Of a DNA stretch of 64,000 nt, positions 19,294-29,140 are shown one piece after another; the first letter of the stretch is position 1, and each line of letters starts with the position of its first letter. The notes beneath the pieces are model-generated. The model was not told the DNA's origin. It saw only the letters and a program-made list of their open reading frames with translations, and made no database searches. Source of the DNA: an uncultured Chlamydiae bacterium (lineage in GTDB: Bacteria; Chlamydiota; Chlamydiia; Chlamydiales; SM23-39); the NCBI GenBank assembly GCA_963730605.1, contig CAVSSM010000001.1:673987-737986 (forward strand). The letters are read 5' to 3'. The position numbers were made by a program, and so were the translations under genes.

Positions 19294-20148
19294 TCACAAT
19301 TCCCCATGTCTTTTTTTTTCTATGTATACAGACGACTCATCTTTCAGTCGATTGACAGCATCTTGCGCAACCTCGTTGGCAGGATCTCTGCTGAGCACAA
19401 ATTCATAGTCGGCTAAAGCTTCTGTTTCTTGTCCTAGAGACACTAGAATTTTGGCTCTTTCTAACCTGTACGGAATGGATTCCTCAATTGCTTTGGTGAT
19501 CTCCTCGATATCGAAAAACTTCTGGGGGGTTCGCACCTTTTGATATTCCTCAATTATCACATTCTTTCGAATTGATTTCAGTCGATTGACAGCATCTTGC
19601 GCAACCTCGTTGGCAGGATGTCTGCTGAGCACAAATTCATAGTCGGCTAAAGCTTCTGTTTCTTTTCCTCGAGCCAACAGAATTTTGGCTCTGTCTAACC
19701 TGTAGTGAATGGCCTCTGGAAATTCCTCAAGTGCTTTGTTGAGCTTCTTGATATCGTTGAGCTTCTGGGGGACGGTGGTCCTTGTGATAATTCTTGTGTC
19801 TCTTTTGCGTAGATCTATTTTGCTGAGCCCCTCGATATCATCGTGGAATGGCGGGGGACATGCACGAAGAGCGTTAACTTCTTGATTATCAGGAGAGTTT
19901 AAGTTTTCTTCGGTTTCCACAAGTGATTGAGCTTGAATGGCGGATTCATTTTCATGCAATTTCCCTGGAGTTGGAGGAGGTCTGAGTCCCCGCAGACAGC
20001 TGCTCACGAAACCGGGCATCCACGCGAGCGCTTGGCCCATTACAGTAAGCCCTATAATAGATATGGGATCGGAGACTCTAAAATATTTAGTAGCCAGTCC
20101 TGTGATCCCTATTCCGACTCCAATTTTTGCTGCTGTATTAAAGGTCAT
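19294..20148 (-). CDS. membrane-anchored TPR-repeat protein
   Basis: Two copies of YRL.RAKIL...G.ETEALADYEFVLSR.PANEVAQDAVNRLK. Confidence 0.75.
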   Translation of the reverse strand: MTFNTAAKIGVGIGITGLATKYFRVSDPISIIGLTVMGQALAWMPGFVSSCLRGLRPPPTPGKLHENESAIQAQSLVETEENLNSPDNQEVNALRACPPPFHDDIEGLSKIDLRKRDTRIITRTTVPQKLNDIKKLNKALEEFPEAIHYRLDRAKILLARGKETEALADYEFVLSRHPANEVAQDAVNRLKSIRKNVIIEEYQKVRTPQKFFDIEEITKAIEESIPYRLERAKILVSLGQETEALADYEFVLSRDPANEVAQDAVNRLKDESSVYIEKKRHGEL

Positions 20149-21295
20149 AACATCCTAATCCTGTTTGCGTGAATTGATTTCAGTCGCTTGACAGCATCTT
20201 GCGCAACCTGGTTGGCAGGATAGCTGCTGAGCACAAATTCATAGTCGGCTAAAGCTTCTGTTTCTTTTTTTTGAGACAACAGAATTTCGGCTCTTTCTAA
20301 CCTGTAGTGAGTGGCCCCTGGAAATTTCTCAAGTGCTTTGTTAAGCTTCTCGATATCGTAAAGCTTCGGGGGTGGAGGTGGAAGCTTCAGTATCTCGATA
20401 TCATAAAACTTCGGCGGTGAAGGTCTGAGGGAGGCAGTACCTGCATCAAGACGGGTAAGACTGCCAGATGTAAAATATTTAGAAAAATCATGATTAACTC
20501 CGTAGATGAAAACTACTGTTCGTCCCTTGTTTTCTGGTTTGTCCATAAACGCTTGAATCTCATGCATCAAAGCAATCTCTCGGCGATCAATTATTAGAGG
20601 CGATAGAATAGAGCTGTGAGGGTCTATGTTGCCTTTTGCAAATTCTTCCATTACCCGAATGTGAATTTCATGGTTAGTTTCTGGATCGATCGACCGGTGT
20701 AATGATTTGATTTTTCCAAGAAAATGTAGTGTCTGAGCGGCGCCAAACTCAGTAAGAAATTCTTTTTGATCTTGATCCCAAGATCCCTCTTTTTCGGAAT
20801 TCCCAAAGGGAAGAATATTTTAGCGATCTCTGCAAAAGGCCCATTGTAATCTTCGCTATTTTCTGTCAAAGATTCTGCAAAAATCGCGGCATCAGGATAC
20901 AGCATGAGTTGCTCTGCGATGCGGGCTTGTGAATTCCAGTGTCTTTCAAAGGTAATTGGATCGTTTTTTAAAGGATGTCGATGGAATTGAGGAATATGTA
21001 TGAAATTACCTTCAATAAGTTTGTGGTTGTTAATATATGCAGAAAAACATTCGCTCATTGAATTCGCGATGTTTGTTAGATCTTGAAAATGCAGTGGGTT
21101 TCCAGGATCGACAGAAATTGGATGCACTTTCTGATTAAGACTCTCAGTCGGGACAGAAACAACAGGTGTCCAGATTTTTTCGGAGAGAGAAGATGGAATA
21201 TTCGAAGACAGTGGATTGGAAAACTGAAGGTAATCGGGTAATGGACAAACATGGATATTTGGAAAATCTGCTTTTAAACAAGCGGTACCGCTCAT
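20145..21295 (-). pseudogene. hypothetical protein with C-terminal TPR module, split by a 1-nt frameshift near 20790
   Basis: Adding one A to the A5 run after GIPK joins the two ORFs: KEGSWDQDQKEFLTEFGAAQTLHFLGK...RVMEEF; real or sequencing error. Confidence 0.65.
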
Positions 21296-21537
21296 AAAAA
21301 CCTCATTTTTGATTCATATATCTTACATCATTTTATTTATTTTTTCAATTATTAAAATATATACACAGCAATTCCCGCTGATTCTCCTATGGAGACCCCC
21401 GAAAAGTTTACGAAAAAACCGCCCATTTTCCATAGAGGAGAGGGAATTGCTGAAAATATATACATGCAGTACAATTAAATTTTTTATTTTATATCTATGT
21501 GTGGTGTGGCGAAGAGCAGAAATTTCAAGTTTGCGTA

Positions 21538-22140
21538 TTACACCCCTCGGGCAGCGAGAGAGGCTTTTAGGCCGGCAACGCCGGTGAAGATTTCGCTGTC
21601 TAGGCCGATTTTTCGGGCCCCCTCGACGAACTCTGGTATGTCATCGGTATAGAAACATTCGGTGGGATCGCACCCGGCTTTCGATAAGGCGTGGAGGAAG
21701 ATCTGCGGGGAGGGTTTCAGGGCGCCGACTTTATAGGAGAGGACGAAGTCATCGAAAAGGCTGAGCACAGGGTAATCGGCATGGACGCGGTTGTAGTGGC
21801 ACTCGGAGGTGTTGGAAAGAAGGATAAGCCGCAATTTTTGGTTTTTTAAGTGCTCGACGAGCGGGAAAAGGGTCGTGTTCGGGGTGAAAATATCGGATAA
21901 AGCGTCCAAAAGGGCGCGCGAAGCAAAGAGCTTTGGCGAGCGGCTTTTAAAAATATGGATAAGGTGGGCGGTATCGATCTCCCCCATTTCATAAAAATCC
22001 TGGATCTTCTCATCGATGAGGATTTTCTGGATCGCATCGGGAGAGAGGCCTGTACATTCGGCCACTTGGGCGTACATCTTGGGACGGCTGAAAAAGACAA
22101 GGACGTTTCCCAAGTCGAAAAAGATCGTTTTCAGCATCAC
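21538..22140 (-). CDS. HAD-family phosphatase (YihX-like)
   Basis: FFDLGNVLV, LLSNT, KPSPQIF, YTDD. Confidence 0.88.
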   Translation of the reverse strand: MMLKTIFFDLGNVLVFFSRPKMYAQVAECTGLSPDAIQKILIDEKIQDFYEMGEIDTAHLIHIFKSRSPKLFASRALLDALSDIFTPNTTLFPLVEHLKNQKLRLILLSNTSECHYNRVHADYPVLSLFDDFVLSYKVGALKPSPQIFLHALSKAGCDPTECFYTDDIPEFVEGARKIGLDSEIFTGVAGLKASLAARGV

Positions 22141-22147
22141 GCTTTCC

Positions 22148-22996
22148 TCATGTTTTTCGAGTATAGCTAAGAAGAGTATTTTGGAGGAGCATGGCGATAG
22201 TCATCGGGCCGACGCCGCCGGGAACGGGAGTGATGTGGGATGCGACACTGGATACTTCAGCGAAATCGACGTCGCCCGCGAGCTTGCCGTTTTCTAGCCG
22301 GTTGATCCCTACGTCGATGACGGTTGCTCCCGGACGGACCATGTCTTTTGTGACAAAGCGAGGCTTTCCGATGGCGGCCACAAGAATGTCGGCGGTCCTC
22401 GCAATGTCAACGAGATGTTCCGACTGGCTGTGCGCAATCGTTACGGTGGCATTGCAATGGGGCTTTTTTTGCACCAAGATGGCGGCTAAGGGCTTGCCGA
22501 CAATATTGCTGCGGCCGATGATGACCACCCGTTTCCCAACGACCGGAATCCGGCTGGATTCGAGAAGGACTTTGATCCCGTGGGGCGTGCAGGGGAGAAA
22601 CCCACTGTCATCTCCGAGGAGCATTTTGCCAACGTTGAGCGGATGGAAGCCGTCGACGTCTTTTTCGGGATCGATTGCGAGCATGACGGCTTTTTCGTCG
22701 ATTTGCTGAGGCAAAGGAAGCTGGACGAGAATGCCGTCGACTCCAGGATCGGAATTGAGCGAGTGGATATGGGCAAGGAGAACTTCTTGGGATACCAAGG
22801 CAGGCAGCTCGAGCAAGGAAGAGTCGATCCCGGTCGAGCCGCAGGCTTTTTTCTTTGAGGCGACATAGACTTTAGAAGCGGGGTTTTTTCCCACTAGGAT
22901 GAATGCGAGGCGAGGTTTTCGCCCTTTCATGCCAGACACTTTCTTTTCCATCTCAAGATAAAGAGAGTGGGCAAGGGCTTTTCCGTCGACGATCAT
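22148..22996 (-). CDS. folD: bifunctional methylene-THF dehydrogenase/cyclohydrolase
   Basis: DGILVQLPLP, KDVDGFHP, PCTP, GRSNIVGKP, TPVPGGVGPMT. Confidence 0.97.
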   Translation of the reverse strand: MIVDGKALAHSLYLEMEKKVSGMKGRKPRLAFILVGKNPASKVYVASKKKACGSTGIDSSLLELPALVSQEVLLAHIHSLNSDPGVDGILVQLPLPQQIDEKAVMLAIDPEKDVDGFHPLNVGKMLLGDDSGFLPCTPHGIKVLLESSRIPVVGKRVVIIGRSNIVGKPLAAILVQKKPHCNATVTIAHSQSEHLVDIARTADILVAAIGKPRFVTKDMVRPGATVIDVGINRLENGKLAGDVDFAEVSSVASHITPVPGGVGPMTIAMLLQNTLLSYTRKT

Positions 22997-22999
22997 TTG

Positions 23000-23938
23000 T
23001 TATCCGAAACTCGCATTATTGAGAATTTTGAGTAAGGGGTCGTGGATATGGCCGTTTGTAGCGAGGATCGGATTTTTTCCATGAGCTAAAAAGGGGGTTT
23101 TGTCCCAATGGGTGACCCTTCCTCCCGCCTCGGCAACGAGAAGCTGTCCTGCGGCACAGTCCCAAGGACTCAAGCTCACTTCGAAAAAACCTTCGAAATG
23201 GCCAGCCGCCGTATAGGCGAGATCCAGGGCCGCCGAGCCGAGCCGGCGAATCGGGACGCCGAGCTTGAGGACGTCGATGAAATGATCGATGCAATGGAAA
23301 GGGTTGTCAGCAAGATTATAGGGGAATCCTGTCGCTAATATCGATTCTTCGAGCCTTAAAACAGGCGAGACGCGGATGGGCTCGCCGTTCAAAAAGGCAC
23401 CGTTGCCCAATTCTGCGACAAAAAGCTCATGATGGAGAGGCTGATAGACGACCCCGGTTTGGATCTGCCCGTTTTTCTCAAGCGCGATGCTGACTGAGAA
23501 GATGGGGATGCCGTGGGCGAAATTGACCGTGCCGTCTAGGGGATCGATGATCCAGAGGAGGTCATCTTCTCCCCAAAGACGATGCGTCTTTGGGGGCCCC
23601 TCCTCTTTTTCCTCTTCTTCTCCCCAAAGACGATGCGTCTTTGGGGGCCCCTCCTCTTTTTCCTCTTCTTCTCCCCAAAGACCATGCGTCTTTGGGGGCC
23701 CCGGTCCCGTAGCGCCGCTCTCTTCGGCAAGAAAGCGGGAGCCGGGGTCTATTTGCTTGAGCGCGCCGATGATGCTTTTTTCGGCTTTGATGTCATAGTC
23801 GGTGACGAGATTGTGCCTCCCTTCTTTCGAAGAGATGGTAAAACTCGTCCTGAACCCTTTGCGGAGAATAACGCCTGCCTCCAAAGCGGCGTCGATCGCT
23901 GCAAGTGTCAGGCGCGAGAATGTTTCTTTTTTAACCAA
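23000..23938 (-). CDS. suhB: inositol monophosphatase family protein with repeat insertion
   Basis: LAEESG, WIIDPLDGTVNF, GSAALDL, PWDCAAG; probable TTG start. Confidence 0.9.
   Translation of the reverse strand: MVKKETFSRLTLAAIDAALEAGVILRKGFRTSFTISSKEGRHNLVTDYDIKAEKSIIGALKQIDPGSRFLAEESGATGPGPPKTHGLWGEEEEKEEGPPKTHRLWGEEEEKEEGPPKTHRLWGEDDLLWIIDPLDGTVNFAHGIPIFSVSIALEKNGQIQTGVVYQPLHHELFVAELGNGAFLNGEPIRVSPVLRLEESILATGFPYNLADNPFHCIDHFIDVLKLGVPIRRLGSAALDLAYTAAGHFEGFFEVSLSPWDCAAGQLLVAEAGGRVTHWDKTPFLAHGKNPILATNGHIHDPLLKILNNASFG
23569..23702. repeat. 51-bp tandem repeat x3 built from the REP-like hairpin
   Basis: ccccaaagacgatgcgtctttgggggcccc at 23571, 23622 and 23673 (third copy with one mismatch). 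Confidence 0.95.
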
Positions 23939-24432
23939 AATAACACCCAATAACGGCGAGCTTTGCCCCAAAGATAGAGGAATCCCGAAAAGCAAATCCA
24001 AGCGTAGATCGCGTCGATCAGGGACGTTGCCAGCCAGTCGATGACGACCCATTGTCCGGAAATAGAGACTCTTCTGTCAAAGAGAAAAAGGAAAAAGATC
24101 TGGAGAATGGAAACAAGGAGAGAGGCAAATGAGGCAAATACCGTCAGATGAAGGGGGCGGTCGTAGAGAAAACGGTTCCGGAAACGAAATAAAACGGCTG
24201 CGGCCAAGGTATAAGAGATCGGATAGAGGCCGAAAGGAAAATCGGATAGAAGATCGACAAGGACTCCAGCCGCCGCTGCTCCTAGTAGAGGTTTGAAGAG
24301 GTCTTTTTGGGAAGGCGAGAGCAAGACAGCGAGAGCGATCCAAGGAACAAAGGCGTTTAGAGGAACGCCTGGCACGTCCACCCCTTGTAGGAACAAGACG
24401 GCCGTAGAGAGGGCAAAAGAGAAAATCAGCAT
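23908..24432 (-). CDS. MreD-like integral membrane protein
   Basis: Hydrophobic 174 aa; GVLVDLLS..PFGLY pattern. Confidence 0.6.
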   Translation of the reverse strand: MLIFSFALSTAVLFLQGVDVPGVPLNAFVPWIALAVLLSPSQKDLFKPLLGAAAAGVLVDLLSDFPFGLYPISYTLAAAVLFRFRNRFLYDRPLHLTVFASFASLLVSILQIFFLFLFDRRVSISGQWVVIDWLATSLIDAIYAWICFSGFLYLWGKARRYWVLFWLKKKHSRA

Positions 24433-25448
24433 GTTGTACGATTCTTAATACAGCTCTTCACGAGCGAGGCGTTTTCAGCGAGGAGCTGGTGCCATTTCCA
24501 AGCCGACTCGATGAGGATGGGAAGCTCTGAGAGTTTTGGAGTCCATCCGAGGAGCTCTTTGGCTCTCGTATTGTCCGCAGTCAAGTTCGAGGGCTCGCCC
24601 GCGCGGGACCGCTCCAATCGGACAGGGAGCGTCTTGCCGCAGAACTTTTGCACTGCGTCGATGATCTCCAGGACGGAATGACCGGTGCCGGTGCCGAGAT
24701 TGATTTGGGCGCTTGTATTTTTCTCCATTAACAGTCTCAGCGCGCTGACGTGGGCGTCGGCAATGTCTTGGATATGGATGTAATCGCGCACAGCGCTGCC
24801 GTCCTCGGAGGGAAAATCGGTGCCGTAGACGACGATCTCTTTCTTGACGCCTAAGGCCGCTTGGATGACCGAAGGGATCAGGTGCGTTTCCGGATCATGG
24901 TTTTCCCCGATCTCCGTTTGAAGGTCAGCTCCGGCGATATTGAAATACCTCAAGGCGATCGACCGGATTCCAAAAGCGGTTTCGAAATCGGAGATCATTT
25001 GCTCGACCATCCACTTCGATCTTCCGTAAGGGTTGATCGGCCCGATCGGATGCGCTTCGGTCATGGGGACTTGTTTGGGCTGGCCATAGACGGCGCATGT
25101 GCTGGAGAAGACGAGATAAGGAATTTTGCACTCTTGCATCGCTTCCAGAAGGCAAAGCGAGCCGGTTAAATTATTTCTATAATACTTGCCGGGGTCGGCC
25201 ATCGATTCGATAACGAGGGCCGATGCGGCAAAGTGGAGGACCGCTTTTGGACTAAATTTTTTGAAGGTCTCAATCAGTTTTTCCTTTTCGGAGAGGTCGG
25301 CCTGGACGAAAGGGCCCCACTTTACGGCATAGGCATGCCCTGTAGAGAGGTTGTCATAAGCGACTGGGAGAAATCCTGCAAGAGCGAGAGTCTTGCAAAC
25401 TTGGGAACCGATGTACCCGGCCCCGCCCGTGACGATGATGGCATCCAT
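24426..25448 (-). CDS. galE: UDP-glucose 4-epimerase
   Basis: VTGGAGYIGS, YGRSK, LRYFN, RDYIHI. Confidence 0.95.
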   Translation of the reverse strand: MDAIIVTGGAGYIGSQVCKTLALAGFLPVAYDNLSTGHAYAVKWGPFVQADLSEKEKLIETFKKFSPKAVLHFAASALVIESMADPGKYYRNNLTGSLCLLEAMQECKIPYLVFSSTCAVYGQPKQVPMTEAHPIGPINPYGRSKWMVEQMISDFETAFGIRSIALRYFNIAGADLQTEIGENHDPETHLIPSVIQAALGVKKEIVVYGTDFPSEDGSAVRDYIHIQDIADAHVSALRLLMEKNTSAQINLGTGTGHSVLEIIDAVQKFCGKTLPVRLERSRAGEPSNLTADNTRAKELLGWTPKLSELPILIESAWKWHQLLAENASLVKSCIKNRTTC

Positions 25449-25561
25449 ACGATCCCATTATACGCATCGAAGAATTATTTAATAATCCAGAGATCATCGA
25501 GGCTTCGAGCGATCCCAGAAACCCATGCCCGCCTGGGGCGGGCTGGAGATTTTCCCTACGC

Positions 25562-25942
25562 TTACTCTTTCAGTGCGAGGCTTGTGGCACCGCCGAGGGC
25601 AGAGAGTCCCAAAGCAGTACAAGCGGCATAGGTAGTGATTGGGGCGACAGTAGTCGCCAAATGCCAGAGAGCCACCATAGCTGCTTTGCCGGCGACCGGA
25701 GCTAATAATGCTCCTATCCCATGTGTCGCTAAAATAGTAAAAATAAAAGCGGTGAGCGCAAGTAAAACACCTAGGGAACCAAATGCGGCAAAAGCGACGC
25801 TTGCGACTTTTCGGGCGATTCTCGCGGCATTCGATGTTTGCGGCTGAATCTGCAACTCGTTCTGGCGAACAGCCTGTTGGTAGGTAACCGCTTGCGAGGA
25901 GTCACCTGAGGAAACTGTAGAATTAAGGTTTTTAAGGCTCAT
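25562..25942 (-). CDS. Inc-like membrane protein
   Basis: S/T-rich N-terminus plus long Ala-rich hydrophobic lobes. Confidence 0.6.
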   Translation of the reverse strand: MSLKNLNSTVSSGDSSQAVTYQQAVRQNELQIQPQTSNAARIARKVASVAFAAFGSLGVLLALTAFIFTILATHGIGALLAPVAGKAAMVALWHLATTVAPITTYAACTALGLSALGGATSLALKE

Positions 25943-26132
25943 AATATTATCCTTTTTATTATAATAGTTTTCAATAACGCAATAATATTAATATATCCGT
26001 ACATTTATTTCAACTTAATAAATTCATATCCATTGTTTTTCCAATGTGTTATAAAAATTTTCCTTTTTGTAAAAATTGGTAAATTATTTATTTAATAAAT
26101 AAATAAGCTTAAGCTATGCTACAATAATAATC

Positions 26133-27050
26133 ATGATATCAATCAATTGTATATATAATTATTTTTTCCAACTTCCTAACCAAACGACGGCGGAAGAAAA
26201 TAAAAAAGATTTTATTACGGAAAACTGCCGTGCTTGCCGCGAAATCAGAGACTCCTTCCATACCCATGACCCTGGAGAGCCGCCGCAGTGCCCAACCGGC
26301 ATCTTTGACGTTTTGCGCGGCTTCCCATGGAGCTGTCTTGGGCCTCGCAAGGTAGTCCAAGGGAAAATCGACGAGATCCAACAACAATCGGCAGCCAAAG
26401 CGAAAAAAGCCCTGATCATTGAGGCCAATGGCGGATGGACCGATTTTCCGCTCCTTAGCGATATCCCAAAAATACGCTGCCTAGCCCAAACCCATTCTAT
26501 CGAGTATTATCCCATATCGAGTCAGGAAGACTTTTTCCGCATGTTGAAAAAGTTGCCAAAGGAGCGGCTCTACGATTGCCTCTGGATTCGAGGCCATGGG
26601 AACCAGACCGGCGTTTTTTTGGGCAAGCTCCATTTTATGCAGCATATGAACCGCTACAAGACCCTCCATTTTCCCTATCACATCCAAATCCTTGCTGAAA
26701 AAATCCGGAAAGGGGGCAAAGTGATTTTTGAAAGCTGCAATGTAGGAAGCGGCAAGATGAATTGCGCGAAATCCTTTTCAAGACTATGCCCCGACACTAC
26801 GGTCTATGCATCTAAAACCTTGCATCACGCGATTTGGGGATTGACGATGCGCAGCAACGGAATCCCCCATTTCAAGAGCCCCTTCGGTTTCACTTCGACG
26901 CGGATCTATCAGAGGGGACGCAAGATCGTCTCCTCGCCCATAAATTTTGATGGAGCAAACCGGCAATCAGAGGGGCCCCTCCCGGAAGCTCAAGCAGACG
27001 CTCGTGGAAAGAGTCCTCGAACTGCCCCAACTTCTCTTCCACCCCTTTGA
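26133..27050 (+). CDS. hypothetical protein with caspase/clan-CD-like His-Cys motifs
   Basis: WIRGHG and IFESCNVG motifs; 3' end overlaps ispA convergently. Confidence 0.6.
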   Translation: MISINCIYNYFFQLPNQTTAEENKKDFITENCRACREIRDSFHTHDPGEPPQCPTGIFDVLRGFPWSCLGPRKVVQGKIDEIQQQSAAKAKKALIIEANGGWTDFPLLSDIPKIRCLAQTHSIEYYPISSQEDFFRMLKKLPKERLYDCLWIRGHGNQTGVFLGKLHFMQHMNRYKTLHFPYHIQILAEKIRKGGKVIFESCNVGSGKMNCAKSFSRLCPDTTVYASKTLHHAIWGLTMRSNGIPHFKSPFGFTSTRIYQRGRKIVSSPINFDGANRQSEGPLPEAQADARGKSPRTAPTSLPPL

Positions 27051-27786
27051 TTCCATACAATGCCACGGCCGTTGGCTTTTGAAGCGCTGCGTCTCGTTGA
27101 CTATTTTTCCCCAAAACCTCTTTGCTTGCTGTGGCGTCTAAAAGGTCGTCGAGAAATTGGAAAGCGAGCCCGATTTCGAATCCAAGGCTGGTGATAAGAG
27201 GGAAGACCGTTTCAGGCGCCTCCGCAGCCACAGCCCCGAATTGCAGGCTCGCGGCGAGGAGAGCTCCCGTTTTGCCGCGGTGCATCTCCAAAAGGGCCGC
27301 TTCCTCGATTTGCCTTCCTGCCGAGCTGATATCGGCTGCCTGCCCTCCGAGCATCCCTTTGGATCCTGCGGCGAAGGCGAGGATTTGACTCAAGCGGAGC
27401 CTTTGTTCGGAGGTGAGTTTTGGGGCGCTGCCGATCACTTCGAACGAGTAAGTCAAGAGATAATCTCCCGCAAGAAGGGCGATCCCTTCCGGAAAAACCT
27501 TGTGGAGAGTCGGCCTGCCGCGGCGCAAATCGTCGTCGTCCATGCAGGGCAGGTCGTCATGAATGAGGGAATAGGCATGAACCATTTCGATCGCACAGGC
27601 TGGATCGAGGGCTTTTTCCAGGTCGCCGCCGAAAGTCGCCGCCGTTGCGAGGACAAGAGCGGGCCGCAGCCTTTTTCCTTGCGAGAGCAGAGAATATCTG
27701 GCGGCAGCATAGAGGGCAATGGAAGAATCGGGGATCAGTCCATCGAGGCGTTGATTCACCCGCTGGATGAGAGTTTCAGAGAGCAT
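26890..27786 (-). CDS. ispA: polyprenyl (farnesyl/geranylgeranyl) diphosphate synthase
   Basis: GKRLRP, YSLIHDDLPCMDDDDLRRG, FQFLDDLLD. Confidence 0.92.
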   Translation of the reverse strand: MLSETLIQRVNQRLDGLIPDSSIALYAAARYSLLSQGKRLRPALVLATAATFGGDLEKALDPACAIEMVHAYSLIHDDLPCMDDDDLRRGRPTLHKVFPEGIALLAGDYLLTYSFEVIGSAPKLTSEQRLRLSQILAFAAGSKGMLGGQAADISSAGRQIEEAALLEMHRGKTGALLAASLQFGAVAAEAPETVFPLITSLGFEIGLAFQFLDDLLDATASKEVLGKNSQRDAALQKPTAVALYGIKGVEEKLGQFEDSFHERLLELPGGAPLIAGLLHQNLWARRRSCVPSDRSASK

Positions 27787-29128
27787 GGATCTGATCCGGA
27801 GCTCCGATGGAGATGTAATCGAAGCCAAACTTTTTCATCTCTTCGGGCCTGTATTGATTGCGCCCATCGAAAAGAGCAAGTCCCTTCATGGCTTTTACGA
27901 CCGCGGAAAAATCTACAAGGCGGAACTGCTTCCATTCCGTGATCAAGGCAATGGCATGGGTCCCTGCCGCGGCATCGGATTCGCTCTTGCACCATACGAT
28001 CTCAGGATGCTCGCCGAGGATTTTTTTCGCATTATCCATTGCGACCGGATCGAAGAGGCGGACATGGGCGCCCTGCTTTAAAAGAAGGTCTATCACGGTC
28101 AAAGACGGCGCTTCACGCATATCGTCCGTATCGGGTTTGAAAGAAAGCCCCCAGATTGCAATCGTTTTGCCGGACAGGCCCCCCCGAAGAGAAAAATAGC
28201 CGGCCATTTGCTTAGGAAGAAGCTTCTTTTGACGTTCGTTGACTAAGTCAGCCGCCTGTAGAAGCATCGACTCGGCGCCAGCCGACTTCGCGATCGCCAT
28301 AAGGGCGCGGATATCTTTAGGGAAACAGGAGCCGCCGTAGCCAACCCCAGGATAGAGAAAATTGGGCCCGATCCGGGGATCGGTTCCTATACCGATGCGC
28401 ACTTCATTGACATTGGCGCCAACTTTTTTGCAAATGTCGGCCATCTCATTCATGAATGAGATCCGAGTGGCCAGCATCGCATTTGCGGCGTATTTGGTCA
28501 TTTCCGCCGAGCGGATATCCATCAGGATCATCCGGTCTGCCTCGCCCTCTTGAAAAAATGGGGCGTAGATCTCTTTCATGATCCTCTCGGGCTCAAGCGC
28601 ATCTCTCCCGATCACGACACGGTCGGGGGCCAAACAATCTTGGATGGCGGCGCCTTCTTTGAGGAATTCCGGATTTGATACGACATCGAAGGCAGCGTCC
28701 GAATTTTTCCTTTGCAACACCTCCCTGACCAAGGCTAACACGCGATCGGCAGTGCCAACGGGAACGGTCGATTTATTCACGAGCACAGTGTAGCCGGTCA
28801 AATGCTCTGCGATTTGACGAGCCGCATCTTCCAGGTAGGAAATATTGCATGAGCCATCCTCATTCGATGGGGTAGGAACAGCGATGAAGCAGGCAGATGC
28901 GGAGGGTACCGCGGACCGATAATCGGAGGTAAATTTCAATCGTCCCAGCCGCACATTTCTTTTCACGATCTCCTCCAACCCAGGCTCATAGATGGGAAGT
29001 TGGCCGCGGAGGAGCTTTTCGATTTTTTCCCGATCGATATCGAGACAATGTACAGAGTGGCCTTTGTCAGCAAAGCAGGCTCCAGTAACGAGTCCCACGT
29101 AACCGGTCCCTATCATCACGATTTCCAT
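27776..29128 (-). CDS. ugd: UDP-glucose 6-dehydrogenase
   Basis: GTGYVG, SNPEFLKEG, GYGGSCFPKD, GLSFKPDTDD. Confidence 0.96.
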   Translation of the reverse strand: MEIVMIGTGYVGLVTGACFADKGHSVHCLDIDREKIEKLLRGQLPIYEPGLEEIVKRNVRLGRLKFTSDYRSAVPSASACFIAVPTPSNEDGSCNISYLEDAARQIAEHLTGYTVLVNKSTVPVGTADRVLALVREVLQRKNSDAAFDVVSNPEFLKEGAAIQDCLAPDRVVIGRDALEPERIMKEIYAPFFQEGEADRMILMDIRSAEMTKYAANAMLATRISFMNEMADICKKVGANVNEVRIGIGTDPRIGPNFLYPGVGYGGSCFPKDIRALMAIAKSAGAESMLLQAADLVNERQKKLLPKQMAGYFSLRGGLSGKTIAIWGLSFKPDTDDMREAPSLTVIDLLLKQGAHVRLFDPVAMDNAKKILGEHPEIVWCKSESDAAAGTHAIALITEWKQFRLVDFSAVVKAMKGLALFDGRNQYRPEEMKKFGFDYISIGAPDQIHAL

Positions 29129-29140
29129 CTAAACTCCATG

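Noticed and set aside
23569..23702. CRISPR-like array of three palindromic repeats
   Set aside because: The two spacers are identical, the array is in-frame within suhB and there are no cas genes; it is a tandem repeat.
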